Of a stretch of DNA of 64,000 nucleotides, positions 63,881 to 64,000 are shown piece after piece. Origin of the DNA: Gammaproteobacteria bacterium (lineage in GTDB: Bacteria > Pseudomonadota > Gammaproteobacteria > SG8-11); the NCBI GenBank assembly GCA_024641505.1, contig JAHECY010000007.1, positions 7,250 through 71,249 on the forward strand. The letters are read 5' to 3'. The position numbers and the translations under genes were made by a program. The notes beneath the pieces are model-generated. The model was not told where the DNA came from, ran no database searches, and saw only the letters and a program-made list of their open reading frames with translations. Position 1 is the stretch's first letter. Every line of letters begins with the position of its first letter.

Positions 63881-63928
63881 GTTCTCTTTATGTTCTCTAT
63901 GTGCTAGAGTATAGAACATAAAGAGAAC
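63881..63928. promoter_or_regulatory. Inverted pair of GTTC-N7-GTTC operators (16-bp perfect IR)
   Basis: GTTCTCTTTATGTTCT (63881-63896), 16-nt spacer, AGAACATAAAGAGAAC (63913-63928). Confidence 0.75.
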
Positions 63929-63942
63929 AAAAGGAAAGACCC

Positions 63943-64000
63943 ATGATTAAAAAAAATCTGACGCGCCGGCAGCAGGAAATCTCTGACTACCTGCAAAGCC
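63943..64000 (+). CDS. lexA: 5' end of a LexA-like repressor (cut by the window edge)
   Basis: AAGGA RBS; MIKKNLTRRQQEISDYLQS matches the LexA helix-1 LTxRQxEI pattern; only 19 codons visible. Confidence 0.6.
   Translation, partial: MIKKNLTRRQQEISDYLQS

Noticed and set aside
1..64000. CRISPR arrays, rRNA, tRNA, integrase or prophage genes
   Set aside because: None seen: no regularly spaced direct repeats and no such ORFs

Overview
Chromosomal window from a Gammaproteobacterium, judged from the conserved block at ~32.9-56.3 kb (tatD-pilZ-holB-tmk-mltG-pabC-pabB-fabF-acpP-fabG-fabD-fabH-plsX-rpmF-yceD / maf-sppA-HAD-rluC-rne). A two-subunit biotin carboxylase pair (pycAB-like) sits between yceD and maf. 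The first ~33 kb is accessory and rich in signalling genes. It holds several gene relics (IS30 transposase fragment, frameshifted lipoprotein, CHRD, BtrH-N) and a complete Nitrosomonas/Nitrobacter-type ncgABC-nirK cluster with an NsrR-like box, bounded on each side by a truncated relic. It also holds a secreted caspase-like protease with an outer-membrane beta-barrel, a PhnD-like binding protein coupled to a hybrid kinase, hemerythrin, hflKC, an HD-GYP protein, and a five-gene roadblock/protoglobin operon divergent from a Cys-less Rrf2 regulator. The right end carries an MrfAB-like (YprA/YprB) helicase-exonuclease pair divergent from the start of a LexA-like gene. The spacer between them is a perfect 16-bp inverted repeat built from GTTC-N7-GTTC motifs, the alphaproteobacterial-type SOS box. 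No rRNA, tRNA or CRISPR array was seen. All family calls come from motif recognition by eye; no database search was run.
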